DNA from: an uncultured delta proteobacterium
GTDB taxonomy: Bacteria; Desulfobacterota; Binatia; UBA9968
DNA: 64,000 nucleotides
Direction: 5' to 3'
NCBI GenBank assembly: GCA_963816145.1
Contig: CAWFJP010000029.1
Span: forward strand, 384,001 to 448,000
Below are positions 31,531-43,014 of the stretch, in pieces. Position 1 is the first letter of the stretch. Every line of letters begins with the position of its first letter. The notes below the pieces were generated by a model that saw only the letters and a program-made list of their open reading frames with translations, did not search any database and was not told the DNA's origin. Both the position numbers and the translations under genes were made by a program.

Positions 31531-34500
31531 ATGAAATACAGCGAGCTGATCCAGTTTCAACCAATCGAATCCGTTATCGAGCTTCGCCAGGCGAACAAAC
31601 TCGATAAGGCGAAAGAACACGCCTCGACCTATGTCATTTCCGACGAGATGGTTAGAAGGCTCTCCGATCTTGCCATCCCCAATCTTCAGTTCGCCACGCC
31701 GCAGGATAATCGAGGCCTATTAATTGTCGGGAATTACGGCACCGGCAAATCCCATTTGATGTCGGTCATTTCGAGCGTAGCCGAAAACAGCGAAATCCAA
31801 CCACTTTTGACCAACGAGAATGCGCGTAAAGCCGTTTCGCCGATCGCGGGAAAATTTAAGGTCATTCGCTTGGAGATCGGCGCCACGGAAATGTCTCTCC
31901 GAGAAATTATCACTGGTCACTTGGAAGAAGGCCTTGCCCAGTGGGGCGTAACATTTCAATTTCCTGCCGCTGATAAGATTCGCGAGAACAAGACCGCCTT
32001 CGACGCGATGATGGGAGTCTTCGTCAAGAAATTCCCAAATCATGGTCTGCTCTTGGTAGTCGATGAATTGCTAGATTATCTCCGCAGCCGTCATGATCAA
32101 CCGTTGATTCTAGACTTGGTTTTCCTGCGTGAGATTGGCGAGGTCTGCAAGGATACCCGTTTCCGCTTCATCGCGGGTGTCCAGGAAGCTATCTTCGATA
32201 GCGGCCGGTTTGCCCATGTGGCTGATAGCCTGGGACGGGTTAAAGACCGATTTCAGCAGGTGCCGATTGCGACCACGGACGTCAAATATGTTGTCGCGAA
32301 CCGCCTCCTGCAAAAGACACCGGCGCAACTAGAACAAGTTCGTGATTATCTGACGCCTTTCGCCAAGTTCTACGGAAACATGACCGAGCGGATGGATGAC
32401 TTCGCCGCGTTATTCCCGATTCATCCGGACTACATCGATACGTTCGGACGAATCCCAATTGTTGAAAAGCGCGGTATTCTACAAATCATTTCCTCTGACA
32501 TTAAAGCTCTGGTCGCTAGCGATGTCCCCCAAGATCGCCCCGGCGTCGTTGCATTCGACAGCTTCTGGAAGACGTTAAAGGAAAATCCCGCGCACCGTGC
32601 CTTGCCGGATGTCAAAGGAATCATCGATTGCAGTGAGATATTGGAAGCCAAAGTTCGTAGTGCCTTCCCGAAGAAAACCTACCAACCGATGGCTTTGCGG
32701 ATCATCGAGGGTCTCTCGGTGCATCGTCTGACAACCGGCGACCTGTATTCACCGCTTGGGTTGACCCCGGAAGAACTGCGCGATGGCTTGTGTCTCTACC
32801 ATTCCGGCGCCGCTGATATGGGCGGAGATCCGGCAGACGACTTGCTCTCGCTCATTGAGAATACGCTTCGAGAAATCCACAAGACGGTAAGCGGCCAATT
32901 TATTTCGTCGAACAAAGACAACCGGCAGTATTTCCTCGACCTAAAAAAGACCGACGATTACGACGCGCTTATCGAGAAACGTGCTGAACCCCTCGACGGC
33001 AGCACCCTCGACCGCTATTACTACGATGCGCTTCGCCAGGTGCTTGAATGCACCGATATACCTACTCACATCACCGGCTTTCAAATTTGGCAGCACGAAT
33101 TAGAATGGCAGGAACGCAAAGCTGGACGCCTCGGATACTTGTTCTTCGGCGCACCCAACGAGCGCTCCACAGCAGTACCACGGCGTGAATTTTATCTCTA
33201 TTTTATTCAGCCTTTTGACCCGCCGCGTTACACCGATGAGAAAAAGCCCGACGAGGTATTCTTTCGCTTAACCGGAAAAGACGAGGCGTTTTCCCAAAGC
33301 CTTCGGTTATATGCCGCGGCGTTAGAGCTGGGCCACATTTCCTCGGGTATCAAAAAGCAAACCTACGAGAAAAAGGCAGGTGGAACATCTCGGCACACTT
33401 ACGAAGTGGCTGCGCGAGCACTTGTTCCAAGCCGTGGAGGTAACGCATCAGGGAACACGAAAGAAATTCTTAGAGTGGTTAAAAGGAACCGGTGGCGGTG
33501 GCAGTCTCAATATCCGAGATGCGGTCAATACCGTCGCGGCGAAATGTCTTGCTGAGCATTTTGCCAATTGCGCCCCGGAATATCCCCGTTTCTCGACACT
33601 GGTCACTTACGGACGCGACGGCAACGCACAGCAGGCCGCTCAGGAAGCTCTGCGGGGTATCGCCCAAACTAATCGCACCAGACAGGCCACGGCTGTTCTC
33701 GACGCCCTGGAATTACTTGACGCGGACAAAATCGACCCGTCGAAATCACGCTACGCACGGTACATCCTCGACCAACTGAAGGCCAAAGGTCAGGGGCAGG
33801 TCGTCAACCGCCAGGAAATCATCACCACATTAGAACCAGAAATTGAATTCATGGTTCCCGACAAGTTTCGTCTCGAACCCGTTTGGGTGTCAGTGGTATT
33901 AACGGCTCTTGTTCACGCTGGGGATGTCGTTCTGGCTATCCCCGGAGCCAAGTTCGACGCTACAAATCTCAACGCACTTGCCGCTACACCGTTGCAAGAC
34001 CTGCAAAACTTCAAGCACCTGGAGCGCCCCAAGGATTGGGACATCGCCAGCCTCAAAGCGTTGTTCGAGCTTATGGACTTGGCGCCGGGCATGGCGATTC
34101 AGGTTACTCAGGGCGACTCCGTCCCGGTACAGCAACTACACAAAGTGATTAACGAGCGGGTCGAAAGACTGGTTTGGGCAAAGCAGCAGCTTCTCGGCGG
34201 CATTCCTTTCTGGGGCCAGAATCTGTTCAGCGGCGAGGAAATGGAAAAGCTCTCGACGCTGATGACGGAGGCCAAAGAATTTCTCGAAAGCCTTCAAGCT
34301 TATAATACCCCCGGCAAGCTCAAGAATTTTAAGTACGATGCCGGACAAATCAAAGGTTACGAGGCTTCATTTCGCCGGCTGAAGGAGGTGGAAGATCTCC
34401 AAAAGTTCTGCGGCGAATTAGTTCAATTCACCCAATACCTGTCCGCTGCGGCAGCCATGCTGCCGGAGGATCACGCTTGGGTTGCCGAAAGCAAAAGCAA

Positions 34501-35250
34501 GCGAACCGAATTGCTCGCCGAAATTCGCAAACCTGCCCAACGGGAATCCGCAATCGTTTAAATCTGAGCTGCTCGCTCAATTGAAAAAACTCAAAGCCGG
34601 GTACATCAAGATTTATCTCGATCTCTATCGCAAAGCGCGGCTCAGTTTAGCGCAGGACAAGGGAAAAGAAAGATCTCCTTCAAGATTACCGCCTCAAGCA
34701 ACTCCGTCGTTTAGCCACAGTTGCCTCAATCAACTCGGTGCAATTAACTCAGTTCGACAGCCAGCTAGATAAGATCAAGACTGGAACTGCGGTTACGGAA
34801 AAGGATCTGGAAAACGAACCCCGATCTCCGGACGGCTTCTGGCCGAGTATGGAAGACACCAGCGTATCTGCCGAGACTCGTTTGAAAAACCTGAAAGTCG
34901 AGCTTGACCGGATTCACAAAGGCTGGACCAAGAGCCTACTCAACGATTTAAATGACCCAGTGATCCAGAGCAATTTCGACCTGTTCAAGGCTGCTCAAAA
35001 AAAGATGCTTAAAAGCTTTATGGCAGACAAAGAGCTGCCCGACGATATATCACAGGAATTCCTGGCCGCCATCCAAAGCGCTCTATCTGGGTTGTCCAAG
35101 TTGCCGATCAAGCTCGATGAGTTAAAGAAGGTTTTGTTCCCCGACGGAAGCCCCGCTACCCCAAAGGAATTCAAAGAGAGATTCGCAGAATATCTAGATA
35201 AACTTCTCAAAGGACGCGATGCCGCAAAGGTTCGGCTCGTCATCGAGTAA
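31531..35250 (+). pseudogene. brxC: BREX-3 ATPase BrxC/PglY (DUF6079), split by three +1 frameshifts near 33378, 34550 and 34661
   Basis: GNYGTGKSH Walker A, LLLVVDE Walker B; four ORF pieces join to about 1238 aa; real decay or assembly error. Confidence 0.85.
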
Positions 35251-35273
35251 AGCTACATACAAACTAAAACTCC

Positions 35274-37196
35274 ATGACCCTGGACGAATTAAAAGCGCGA
35301 TTGAATCAGCTCGAATGGCGCGACGTAGAATTCAAAGAATCCACCTTCGACATTCCCAAGAATGCTTATCCGACCGTTTCGGCATTTTCCAACACTGAAG
35401 GTGGCTGGATTGTTTTTGGCATTCAGGCAAAGGGTGGGCAATTTACCATCAAAGGAGTCGTCAACGCTGACGAATTGCAAAACGGATTCATCGGCACGCT
35501 GCGTCAGAAGGGCAAGTTCAGTTGTGCCATCGCTTTCAAGGAAACCCAACTGCACGACGGTAGCGACACCGTCCTAGTCTTTTACATTCCGGAAGTTCAT
35601 CGTTCTGACAAGCCCGTTTATCTGGATGGGAGGATCGAGGAAACCTATGTGCGCAAGGGCGGCACGACGCAGAAGTGTAATCGCAACGAAATCGAAGCAT
35701 TCCTCCGTGACGCCTCACTTGAGCACTTCGAGGATCGAGTTGTTGATACGTTAGAAGTGGATTCTTGTTTTGACGCCGATAGCCTGAAGTGGTATCGACG
35801 TTTTTTCCACGAGCGCCAACCAGGCCACGAAACCGAATCGAAGAGTGACGTTGAGTTTCTGGAACACTTCGGATTAGTGTTGCCAGTGAATGCCACTCTT
35901 CGTCCCACGCGAGCGGCCATACTTCTCTTTGGTTCGAACGCCGCCATGCACCGCGTGCTACCGCGGCAGGTCGTGGACGTTTTTATTTTCCAATGCAATA
36001 GTGCTGATAGATTGCCGGAGCAACGTTGGGACGACCGCATCGAAACCTTATCCGAAGGAAACATCCTTAACGCGTGGCGGCGTATCGTAGCCATGTATAC
36101 GTCCAAATTTGCCGAAAGCCGATTTGAATTGGACGACGTGACTTTACAACGTAAGGGGACGCCACCCGATTATCTTGCTTTTCGCGAAGCTGTTCTGAAC
36201 CTATTGATTCATCAGGACTACGGGGACCATGGCCGTAAGGCCAATATTACGATTTTCACCGATGAAGTGACATTCTGGAATCCAGGTTCATCATTTGTGG
36301 CAGGTGAAGAGTTTTTTAAGCCTGGTGATAAGCCAGTTCGTAATACGCGGTTGCGCGCCATGCTCACGCGCATCGGTATCGGGGAGCAGGCAAATACGGG
36401 CGTTAGGAACATTTTTGCGCACCAGCGCACGATGGGCAGAGTAGCGCCGAGAATAGCGAACGATCCGGTCAGCCACGCGTTCTCCATTACCCTGTCTAAA
36501 CAAAGCGTCGAGTCGGAACGCCAAAGGTTGATAAAACTAAATCTAGGGGCACACCTTACTGAGGAGCAAGCGGCTGTTTTCATTCATTGTTGGCAGCGTG
36601 GTGAGATCCGACCTCTGGAAGCCCAATCGGTCTGCGGTCAGCCTTTGACCGAAACCCAGAAAGTTTTGAACTCCCTTTGTACCCAGAGTCTGCTGGAGCG
36701 CCAGAGCGACGTAAGTGGGGAGGTTTTCCAGGTTGCTGCTCATTTGCGTGAAATCTTTGCCGGCAGCGGGACCAAAACCCAGCAAGCCAAGCCCAGCTTG
36801 ATCACTGAACAAGCTGCTCAGCCACCGGCTAACATGTTCACTGAACAAGCTGACGTTTTGCGTCAGATGACCGAAAAGCACTGGCAGGTCCTTGCGTTCT
36901 GCGATCTACCGAAAACGATTTCTGAGATCCGCAGCCGCATCGAAATTGCCAGTCGGCAGCATGTAAAGTACCGATATATTGATGTTCTCTTGCGTGGCGG
37001 ACTGATTAAGATGACCCTACCGGAGAATCCCACCAGCCCTAAGCAAGCTTACGTCGTAACCTCGGCTGGGTTAGAACTCATAAAAAACAAGGTCGCCAAT
37101 AGTTCCGTCGCTGACCAAGCTTCGCCGCCCCACAATCAACTTGGTCAGTCGGCGAGTGAACAAGCTTCTGGACAGAAACCGGACGGCAAGACATGA
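35274..37196 (+). CDS. Schlafen/AlbA_2 + HATPase_c_4 (RecG-C-like) + winged-HTH protein
   Basis: EWRDVEFK, VSAFSNTEGGWIVFGI, AFREAVLNLLIHQDY, FWNPG, NPTSPKQAY. Confidence 0.82.
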   Translation: MTLDELKARLNQLEWRDVEFKESTFDIPKNAYPTVSAFSNTEGGWIVFGIQAKGGQFTIKGVVNADELQNGFIGTLRQKGKFSCAIAFKETQLHDGSDTVLVFYIPEVHRSDKPVYLDGRIEETYVRKGGTTQKCNRNEIEAFLRDASLEHFEDRVVDTLEVDSCFDADSLKWYRRFFHERQPGHETESKSDVEFLEHFGLVLPVNATLRPTRAAILLFGSNAAMHRVLPRQVVDVFIFQCNSADRLPEQRWDDRIETLSEGNILNAWRRIVAMYTSKFAESRFELDDVTLQRKGTPPDYLAFREAVLNLLIHQDYGDHGRKANITIFTDEVTFWNPGSSFVAGEEFFKPGDKPVRNTRLRAMLTRIGIGEQANTGVRNIFAHQRTMGRVAPRIANDPVSHAFSITLSKQSVESERQRLIKLNLGAHLTEEQAAVFIHCWQRGEIRPLEAQSVCGQPLTETQKVLNSLCTQSLLERQSDVSGEVFQVAAHLREIFAGSGTKTQQAKPSLITEQAAQPPANMFTEQADVLRQMTEKHWQVLAFCDLPKTISEIRSRIEIASRQHVKYRYIDVLLRGGLIKMTLPENPTSPKQAYVVTSAGLELIKNKVANSSVADQASPPHNQLGQSASEQASGQKPDGKT

Positions 37197-37307
37197 ATCT
37201 AGTTCCGTACTGCTGCTTGATCGAACCCGCAGCGGGACTGAAGCTTGTTCGGTGCCGCCGAAGATGGCGTTACCCTGCAAGCGAAAGTCCTTTCAGCGCA
37301 TAACACC

Positions 37308-40226
37308 ATGGAACAATCCAAACTAAATCTTCCGGACCAAACCGCCGGCCCGGTCGAGTGTCTTGGCGAAACGTTTCCCAGCGACGCAGCCCGTCGAGAG
37401 CATTACCTGAAACTGCTAGCCCAAAAACTGAAGGACCCGGAGTTCCGCAAGATCGAGGGTTTCCCGATCGGCAAGGATGAGGACATTCTCGCGCTGTCCG
37501 ATCCGCCTTACTACACTGCCTGTCCGAATCCGTGGCTCGGCGAGTTCATCAAGCGCTACGGCACACCATTTGATCCGAAGCAGCCGTACCACCGCGAGCC
37601 GTTCGCTACGGATGTTAAAGAAAACAAGCATCATCCCATCTACAACGCACACACCTATCACACGAAAGTCCCTCACCGTGCGATCATGCGCTACATTTTG
37701 CATTACACTGAACCGGGAGACTTGGTCCTGGATGCATTTGCTGGGACTGGTATGACCGGGGTGGCAGCCCAACTTTGCGGCGACCGTGGCGAAGTACAAG
37801 CGCTCGGCTATCGCGTTAAAGATGACGGCACAATTCTCAACGACAAAGGCGAAACGGTTTCGAAACTCGGCATTCGTCGGGCCATTCTTAACGAACTCGG
37901 ACCATCGGCTAGCTTTTTGTCGCAGTGTCATAACTACGGCGCACTGTGCACGGATTTCAAAGCCGTAGCATCTGCTTCGATACAAAAAATCGAGCAGGAG
38001 TTTGGCTGGATGTTCCAAACTCTTCATTCTCCTGAAGAAAAGGACATCACGGCGATTGTTGAATTAATAAAGAAGCAGGCCTCTCGCAAACCGGACTTTG
38101 GCTCATCGGCCGGCACGATAAATTACACGATTTGGTCCGAGGTTTTCGTTTGTTCCGAGTGTGGTGGGGATGTGGTGTTTTGGGATGCCGCAGTGGACAA
38201 AGACAATGGTCTTATGCGCGATTCTTTCCCGTGTCCACATTGCGATGCGCAATTGACCAAGCGGGGCTTAGATCAATCATTTATTTCCAGACTCGACCCC
38301 GCCCTTAACGAAGTGGTGAAGCAGGCCAAAATTGTTCCCGTGCTAATTAACTATACCTTTAGAGGACGAAGATACGAAAAAAAACCTGACCGTGCCGACC
38401 TCGCCTTGGCAGAAAGATGCGAATCACAACACATACCTTCTTGGTTTCCTTCGGACAGAATGCCGGAAGGGGTTGAAACTCGTCGCAACGATTCTGGAGG
38501 ATTGACACATTTTCATCATTTCTACACGAGACGAAATCTTGGAATCTTCGCCGCCGCGTGGGCGACACTACCATCGACACACAAATGGATTGTAACAGGC
38601 TGTCTCCACAGAGGATCAAAACAGCACCAGGTTGCAATCACACGCGTTGGCGGCGAAAAGGCTGGCGAAGGCGGAGCCACTGCTGGTCATCGTCGCGGGA
38701 CCCTCTATGTCCCGTCAAATCAGGTTGAAATGAATGGCATAGCTCTGATGCGAGATCGTGCCGACGCGATAGCCAAAGGCATTGCGTCCATGCCACAGAC
38801 AGATGCTGTCATTGTGTCTACCCAATCCGCTAGTTCGCTGAAGTTAATGCCTGAGTCGCTTGATTACTTTTTTTTCGACCCTCCGTTCGGCGCGAACATC
38901 GCGTACTCAGAGTTGAACTCGACTACAGAAGCATGGATTAGAGTTTTTACCAATAAGACGCCTGAGGCAATTGAGGATCGAGCGCAGAAAAAGAGCATCC
39001 AGTCCTACAAGGAACTCATCTCTGCCTGTTTCAATGCAGTCTATAGCGCTCTTAAACCGGGCCGCTGGATGACAGTCGAGTTCTCTAACACACAGGCCGC
39101 CATTTGGAACGCCATTCAAACCGCTCTCCAAGAAGCCGGCTTCGTAGTAGCAAACGTATCTGCGCTCAACAAGGGCCGTGGCGGACTTATGGCAATCGTC
39201 GGCGTTACGGCGGTGAAGCAGGATCTTGTCATCTCCGCTTACAAGCCGAACGGTGGGTTAGAGGAACGCTTCGCCAAACGAGGCGAGACCGAAGAAGGAG
39301 CTTGGGATTTCATTCGCACACACCTTAAGAATCTGCCCGTGGTCAAAGCTAAAGGTGGGCAAATGGAGGTAATTGTTGAACGAGACCCACGCATTCTTTA
39401 TGACCGCATGGTAGCATTTTATGTCCGCCATTCCACACCTGTTCCGCTCAGTTCCGCCGAATTCCAGGCGGGACTGGCAGATAAGTTTCCAGAACGCGAC
39501 GACATGTTCTTCCTGCCCGAGCAGGTCAACGAATACGACAAAAAGCGGGCGCAGTTGGAGAACGTCGGTCAATTGGCCATCTTCGTTGAAGACGAACGCA
39601 GTGCCATCAATTGGCTACGCAGTTTTCTAAAAGATCGCCCGTCAACATATCAAGACATCCAACCGGAGTTCATGCAACAACTCAGTGCTAGCTGGAAGAA
39701 GTGGGAGACTCGGCCGGAATTGAGCGCGCTCCTTGATCAAAGTTTTCTCTGTTACGATGGAACGGGTGATGTTCCGAGCCAGATCCACAGCTACCTGTCG
39801 TCCGAGTTCAAAAACTTGCGGAACCTGCCGAAAGATCATGCGCAGTTGAAGGCTAAAGCCAAGAACCGCTGGTTCGTGCCTGATCCGAAAAATCTTATCC
39901 AAGTGGAGCAACAGCGAAACAAAAAACTGCTGGAGGAGTTCTGGACGTATCTACCGGACGGCTACACGCCACCCGTGTTGACGGCGAACAAGGGCCAGAC
40001 GCTGCCCGGCCGTGCTGTCCCGCGTCCGAAGATCCCTAAGGGTAAAAAACTCAAAGAACTCCGCTCCGAGGCAGTCCGCGTCGGCTTCAAACATTGCTAC
40101 CAGCAGAAAGACTACCAGACGATTCTGGTTGTGGCTGAGATGTTGCCGGAGAGCGTGTTGAACGAGGATGAGCAGTTGCAAATGCTTTACGACACCGCCG
40201 TAACGCGCAGTGGCGCCGGTGAGTGA
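37308..40226 (+). CDS. pglXI: BREX-3 DNA methyltransferase PglXI
   Basis: LSDPPYYTACPNP, YHTKVPH, DAFAGTGMTG (SAM motif), FFDPPFG (catalytic), CxxC zinc ribbon. Confidence 0.87.
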   Translation: MEQSKLNLPDQTAGPVECLGETFPSDAARREHYLKLLAQKLKDPEFRKIEGFPIGKDEDILALSDPPYYTACPNPWLGEFIKRYGTPFDPKQPYHREPFATDVKENKHHPIYNAHTYHTKVPHRAIMRYILHYTEPGDLVLDAFAGTGMTGVAAQLCGDRGEVQALGYRVKDDGTILNDKGETVSKLGIRRAILNELGPSASFLSQCHNYGALCTDFKAVASASIQKIEQEFGWMFQTLHSPEEKDITAIVELIKKQASRKPDFGSSAGTINYTIWSEVFVCSECGGDVVFWDAAVDKDNGLMRDSFPCPHCDAQLTKRGLDQSFISRLDPALNEVVKQAKIVPVLINYTFRGRRYEKKPDRADLALAERCESQHIPSWFPSDRMPEGVETRRNDSGGLTHFHHFYTRRNLGIFAAAWATLPSTHKWIVTGCLHRGSKQHQVAITRVGGEKAGEGGATAGHRRGTLYVPSNQVEMNGIALMRDRADAIAKGIASMPQTDAVIVSTQSASSLKLMPESLDYFFFDPPFGANIAYSELNSTTEAWIRVFTNKTPEAIEDRAQKKSIQSYKELISACFNAVYSALKPGRWMTVEFSNTQAAIWNAIQTALQEAGFVVANVSALNKGRGGLMAIVGVTAVKQDLVISAYKPNGGLEERFAKRGETEEGAWDFIRTHLKNLPVVKAKGGQMEVIVERDPRILYDRMVAFYVRHSTPVPLSSAEFQAGLADKFPERDDMFFLPEQVNEYDKKRAQLENVGQLAIFVEDERSAINWLRSFLKDRPSTYQDIQPEFMQQLSASWKKWETRPELSALLDQSFLCYDGTGDVPSQIHSYLSSEFKNLRNLPKDHAQLKAKAKNRWFVPDPKNLIQVEQQRNKKLLEEFWTYLPDGYTPPVLTANKGQTLPGRAVPRPKIPKGKKLKELRSEAVRVGFKHCYQQKDYQTILVVAEMLPESVLNEDEQLQMLYDTAVTRSGAGE

Positions 40227-40235
40227 TGACAGCGA

Positions 40236-43012
40236 ATGTTTGAACCCGGTCAATGGCTATGGAGCATCGAGCACCGCCAGCCTTGCAAGGTGGTCGAGGT
40301 TTCTCGCCTTTGGGATGACGCCACCTATCACGTCTGGTTTCCCGCGACCGACAGCGTCGTCCGCGCCACGCCAGATCGACTGAAGCCACTCGATGCCGCC
40401 GAGGCCGGCCATCCGGCTCGCATCCGTTATGTCCTCTACGCTGCCCGTATCGCAAATCTCTTGAGCGAGGATGTTCTACTCGCCCCGGCGAGCGCATCGG
40501 TTATTCCGTTGCCGCACCAATTGAGGGCACTTCGCCGCGCCGTATCACAGGATCGCGTTCGCTTCCTATTGGCCGACGAAGTCGGCTTGGGCAAGACCAT
40601 CGAAGCCGGCTTGATCATGCGCGAACTCAAGTTGCGCGGTCTGGTGCGGCGCACATTGGTCATCGCACCCAAGGGCCTCGTCACCCAATGGATGGCTGAG
40701 ATGCAGACGCACTTCGGCGAAGACTTCCGTTTCTTCTCGCCCGCTGACTTCTCCGCTTACCGCCGCATTGCGTCCAATGAAAATGTCTGGCGCTCGTTCG
40801 ATCAGGTGATTTGCTCGCTTGATTCGGTCAAACCGCTCGAAGCCCGTCAGGGCTGGTCACGGGACGACATCACTGAGTTCAACAAGGAACGCTTTGAAGA
40901 CCTCATCACGGCGGGTTGGGATTTAATCATTGTGGACGAGTCTCACCGCATCGGCGGCAGCACCGAACAGGTTGCGCGACATCAGTTGGGCCGCGGCCTG
41001 TCGGAGGCGAGTCCCTATTTTCTTCTGCTTTCCGCTACGCCGCACCAGGGCAAGAGCGATGCCTTCCACCGGCTCGTGTCGTTACTGGATAAGAAGGCTT
41101 TCCCCGAACCCGGCAGCGTTACCCGCGAGCGCATCCATCCCTATGTGATTCGCACGGAGAAGCGCCAGGCGATTGACGCGGACGGCGATTCGCTCTTCAA
41201 ACCGCGCATCACCAAATTGGTCGGCGTGAATTGGACAGGCCACGAGGACCAGAAGCAGCTCTACGACGCGGTCACCGAATATGTGCGCGAAGGTTACAAC
41301 CAGGCCATGCGCGAAAAGAAGACGTATGTCGGCTTCTTGATGATCCTGATGCAGCGGTTGGTCACTAGTTCTACGAACGCCATCATTACCACCCTGGAAA
41401 AACGTCTCTCCGCTCTGCAAGAGCCCGGCGAGCAACTATCACTACTGCCTTTGATGGCTGAGGAGGAGTGGAACGAGTTGGATGGTCAGGACCAGCTCGA
41501 ATCATTTCTCAGAACACGGCTCGCGGCTTTGAAAAACGAGCGCGCCGAGGTTGAGTTGCTTCTGACTGCGGCGCGCAAGGTGCAGGCCCGTGGTCCGGAC
41601 GCCAAGGCGGAGGCGTTGCTCGAATGGGTTTACAAGTTCCAACAAGAGGAAGGCGACCCGGACGTGAAGCTGCTGGTCTTCACTGAGTTTGTTCCAACTC
41701 AGCAGATGCTCGCGGAGTTTCTCAGCAATCGCGGCATCTCGGTCGCTTGTCTCAACGGCAGCATGACCATGGAGCAACGCCAGCAGGTGCAGGAAGCGTT
41801 CGCCAAGGAAGTCCGGATTCTCATTTCCACCGATGCCGGCGGCGAAGGCTTGAACCTCCAGTTCTGTCATATCGTCGTCAACTTCGACATGCCGTGGAAT
41901 CCCATGCGGATCGAACAACGCATCGGCCGGGTGGACCGCATCGGCCAGCAATCAGTGGTCCGGGCGATCAACTTTCTTTTCGCCGACAGCGTTGAATTCC
42001 GCGTGCGCGATGTTCTGGAAGAAAAGCTCGCGGTCATTCTCGAAGAGTTTGGTGTGGACAAAACTAGCGACGTTCTGGACTCGGCCGAAGCGGCGCATCT
42101 GTTCGACAATCTGTATGTGGACGCACTGTTGCACCCAGACCGGATTTCCCAAACCGTCGAACAAGTGACAGAGACCATCAAAGCCCGCGCCGGTGACGCT
42201 CACTCGAAAAACTCCATGCTGTCCAACGGTGAGGCGTTGTCGTCCGAGGAGGCAAAAAACGCGCTGAATCACCCGTTGGCCGAGTGGATAGAACGCATGA
42301 CCGAGAATTATCTGGATGCTTTCGGCGGCAAATACGAAGCCGAGTTGGACAGCCTGCGCATCCAATGGCCCGGCGAAACCGAAATGCACCTGTACGCGCT
42401 TCCCACGCGCACTGGCACGCCACCTCCCAAAACTGAATTGCTCCGGCTCGATCACCCCAAGGTGCGCGGTATTCTCTCGCGACTGCCCCGCTTTGTGCCG
42501 GGCATGCCGGTCCCCACGCTGCGGTTTTCGTCGCTCCCGGCCAATCTCATTGGCGTGTGGTCGCTCTGGGAAATCAGCATCGTGACGCAAGACCGCCAGA
42601 AGCGCCGGATGCTGCCGCTGTTCGTCCATGACGACGGGCGGGTACTAGCGCCTACGGCGCGATTTCTCTGGGAGCAGCTTTGTCTTGAACCGTGGTCAGT
42701 GGATCAAACGCCGGCGGCGGCATGAACGAAGAAGTTTTTCGCAAAACCGAGACGCTCGCGCATGAGCAATGCCGCGATCTGTACCTGGAGATGCGGCAAC
42801 GGCACTTGAGCCAGCTGCAGCTTGAAAAGGAAAAAGCAGACTACAGCTTTCGTGCGCGGCGCAAACTGCTTCAGGCGATCGGCCTACCCGAAGTCCGCGA
42901 CTTCCGTCTGCGCCAGTTCGCACAGGAAGAAACCCAATATGCTGAGGAGTTGAAGCGGCAGAGCCAGGTCATGCCGCAGCTGACACCACTGCTGATGTTG
43001 AAAGTGTCCTGA
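40236..43012 (+). pseudogene. brxHII: BREX-3 SNF2 helicase BrxHII, -1 frameshift near 42706
   Basis: LADEVGLGKT, DESH, SATP, QRIGRVDRIG; C-terminus continues in ORF 42692-43012. Confidence 0.85.
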
Positions 43013-43014
43013 CC

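Noticed and set aside
33360-34680. Programmed ribosomal frameshifting in brxC
   Set aside because: The three shifts are all +1, without shared slippery heptamers or stimulatory structures; indels are the simpler explanation.
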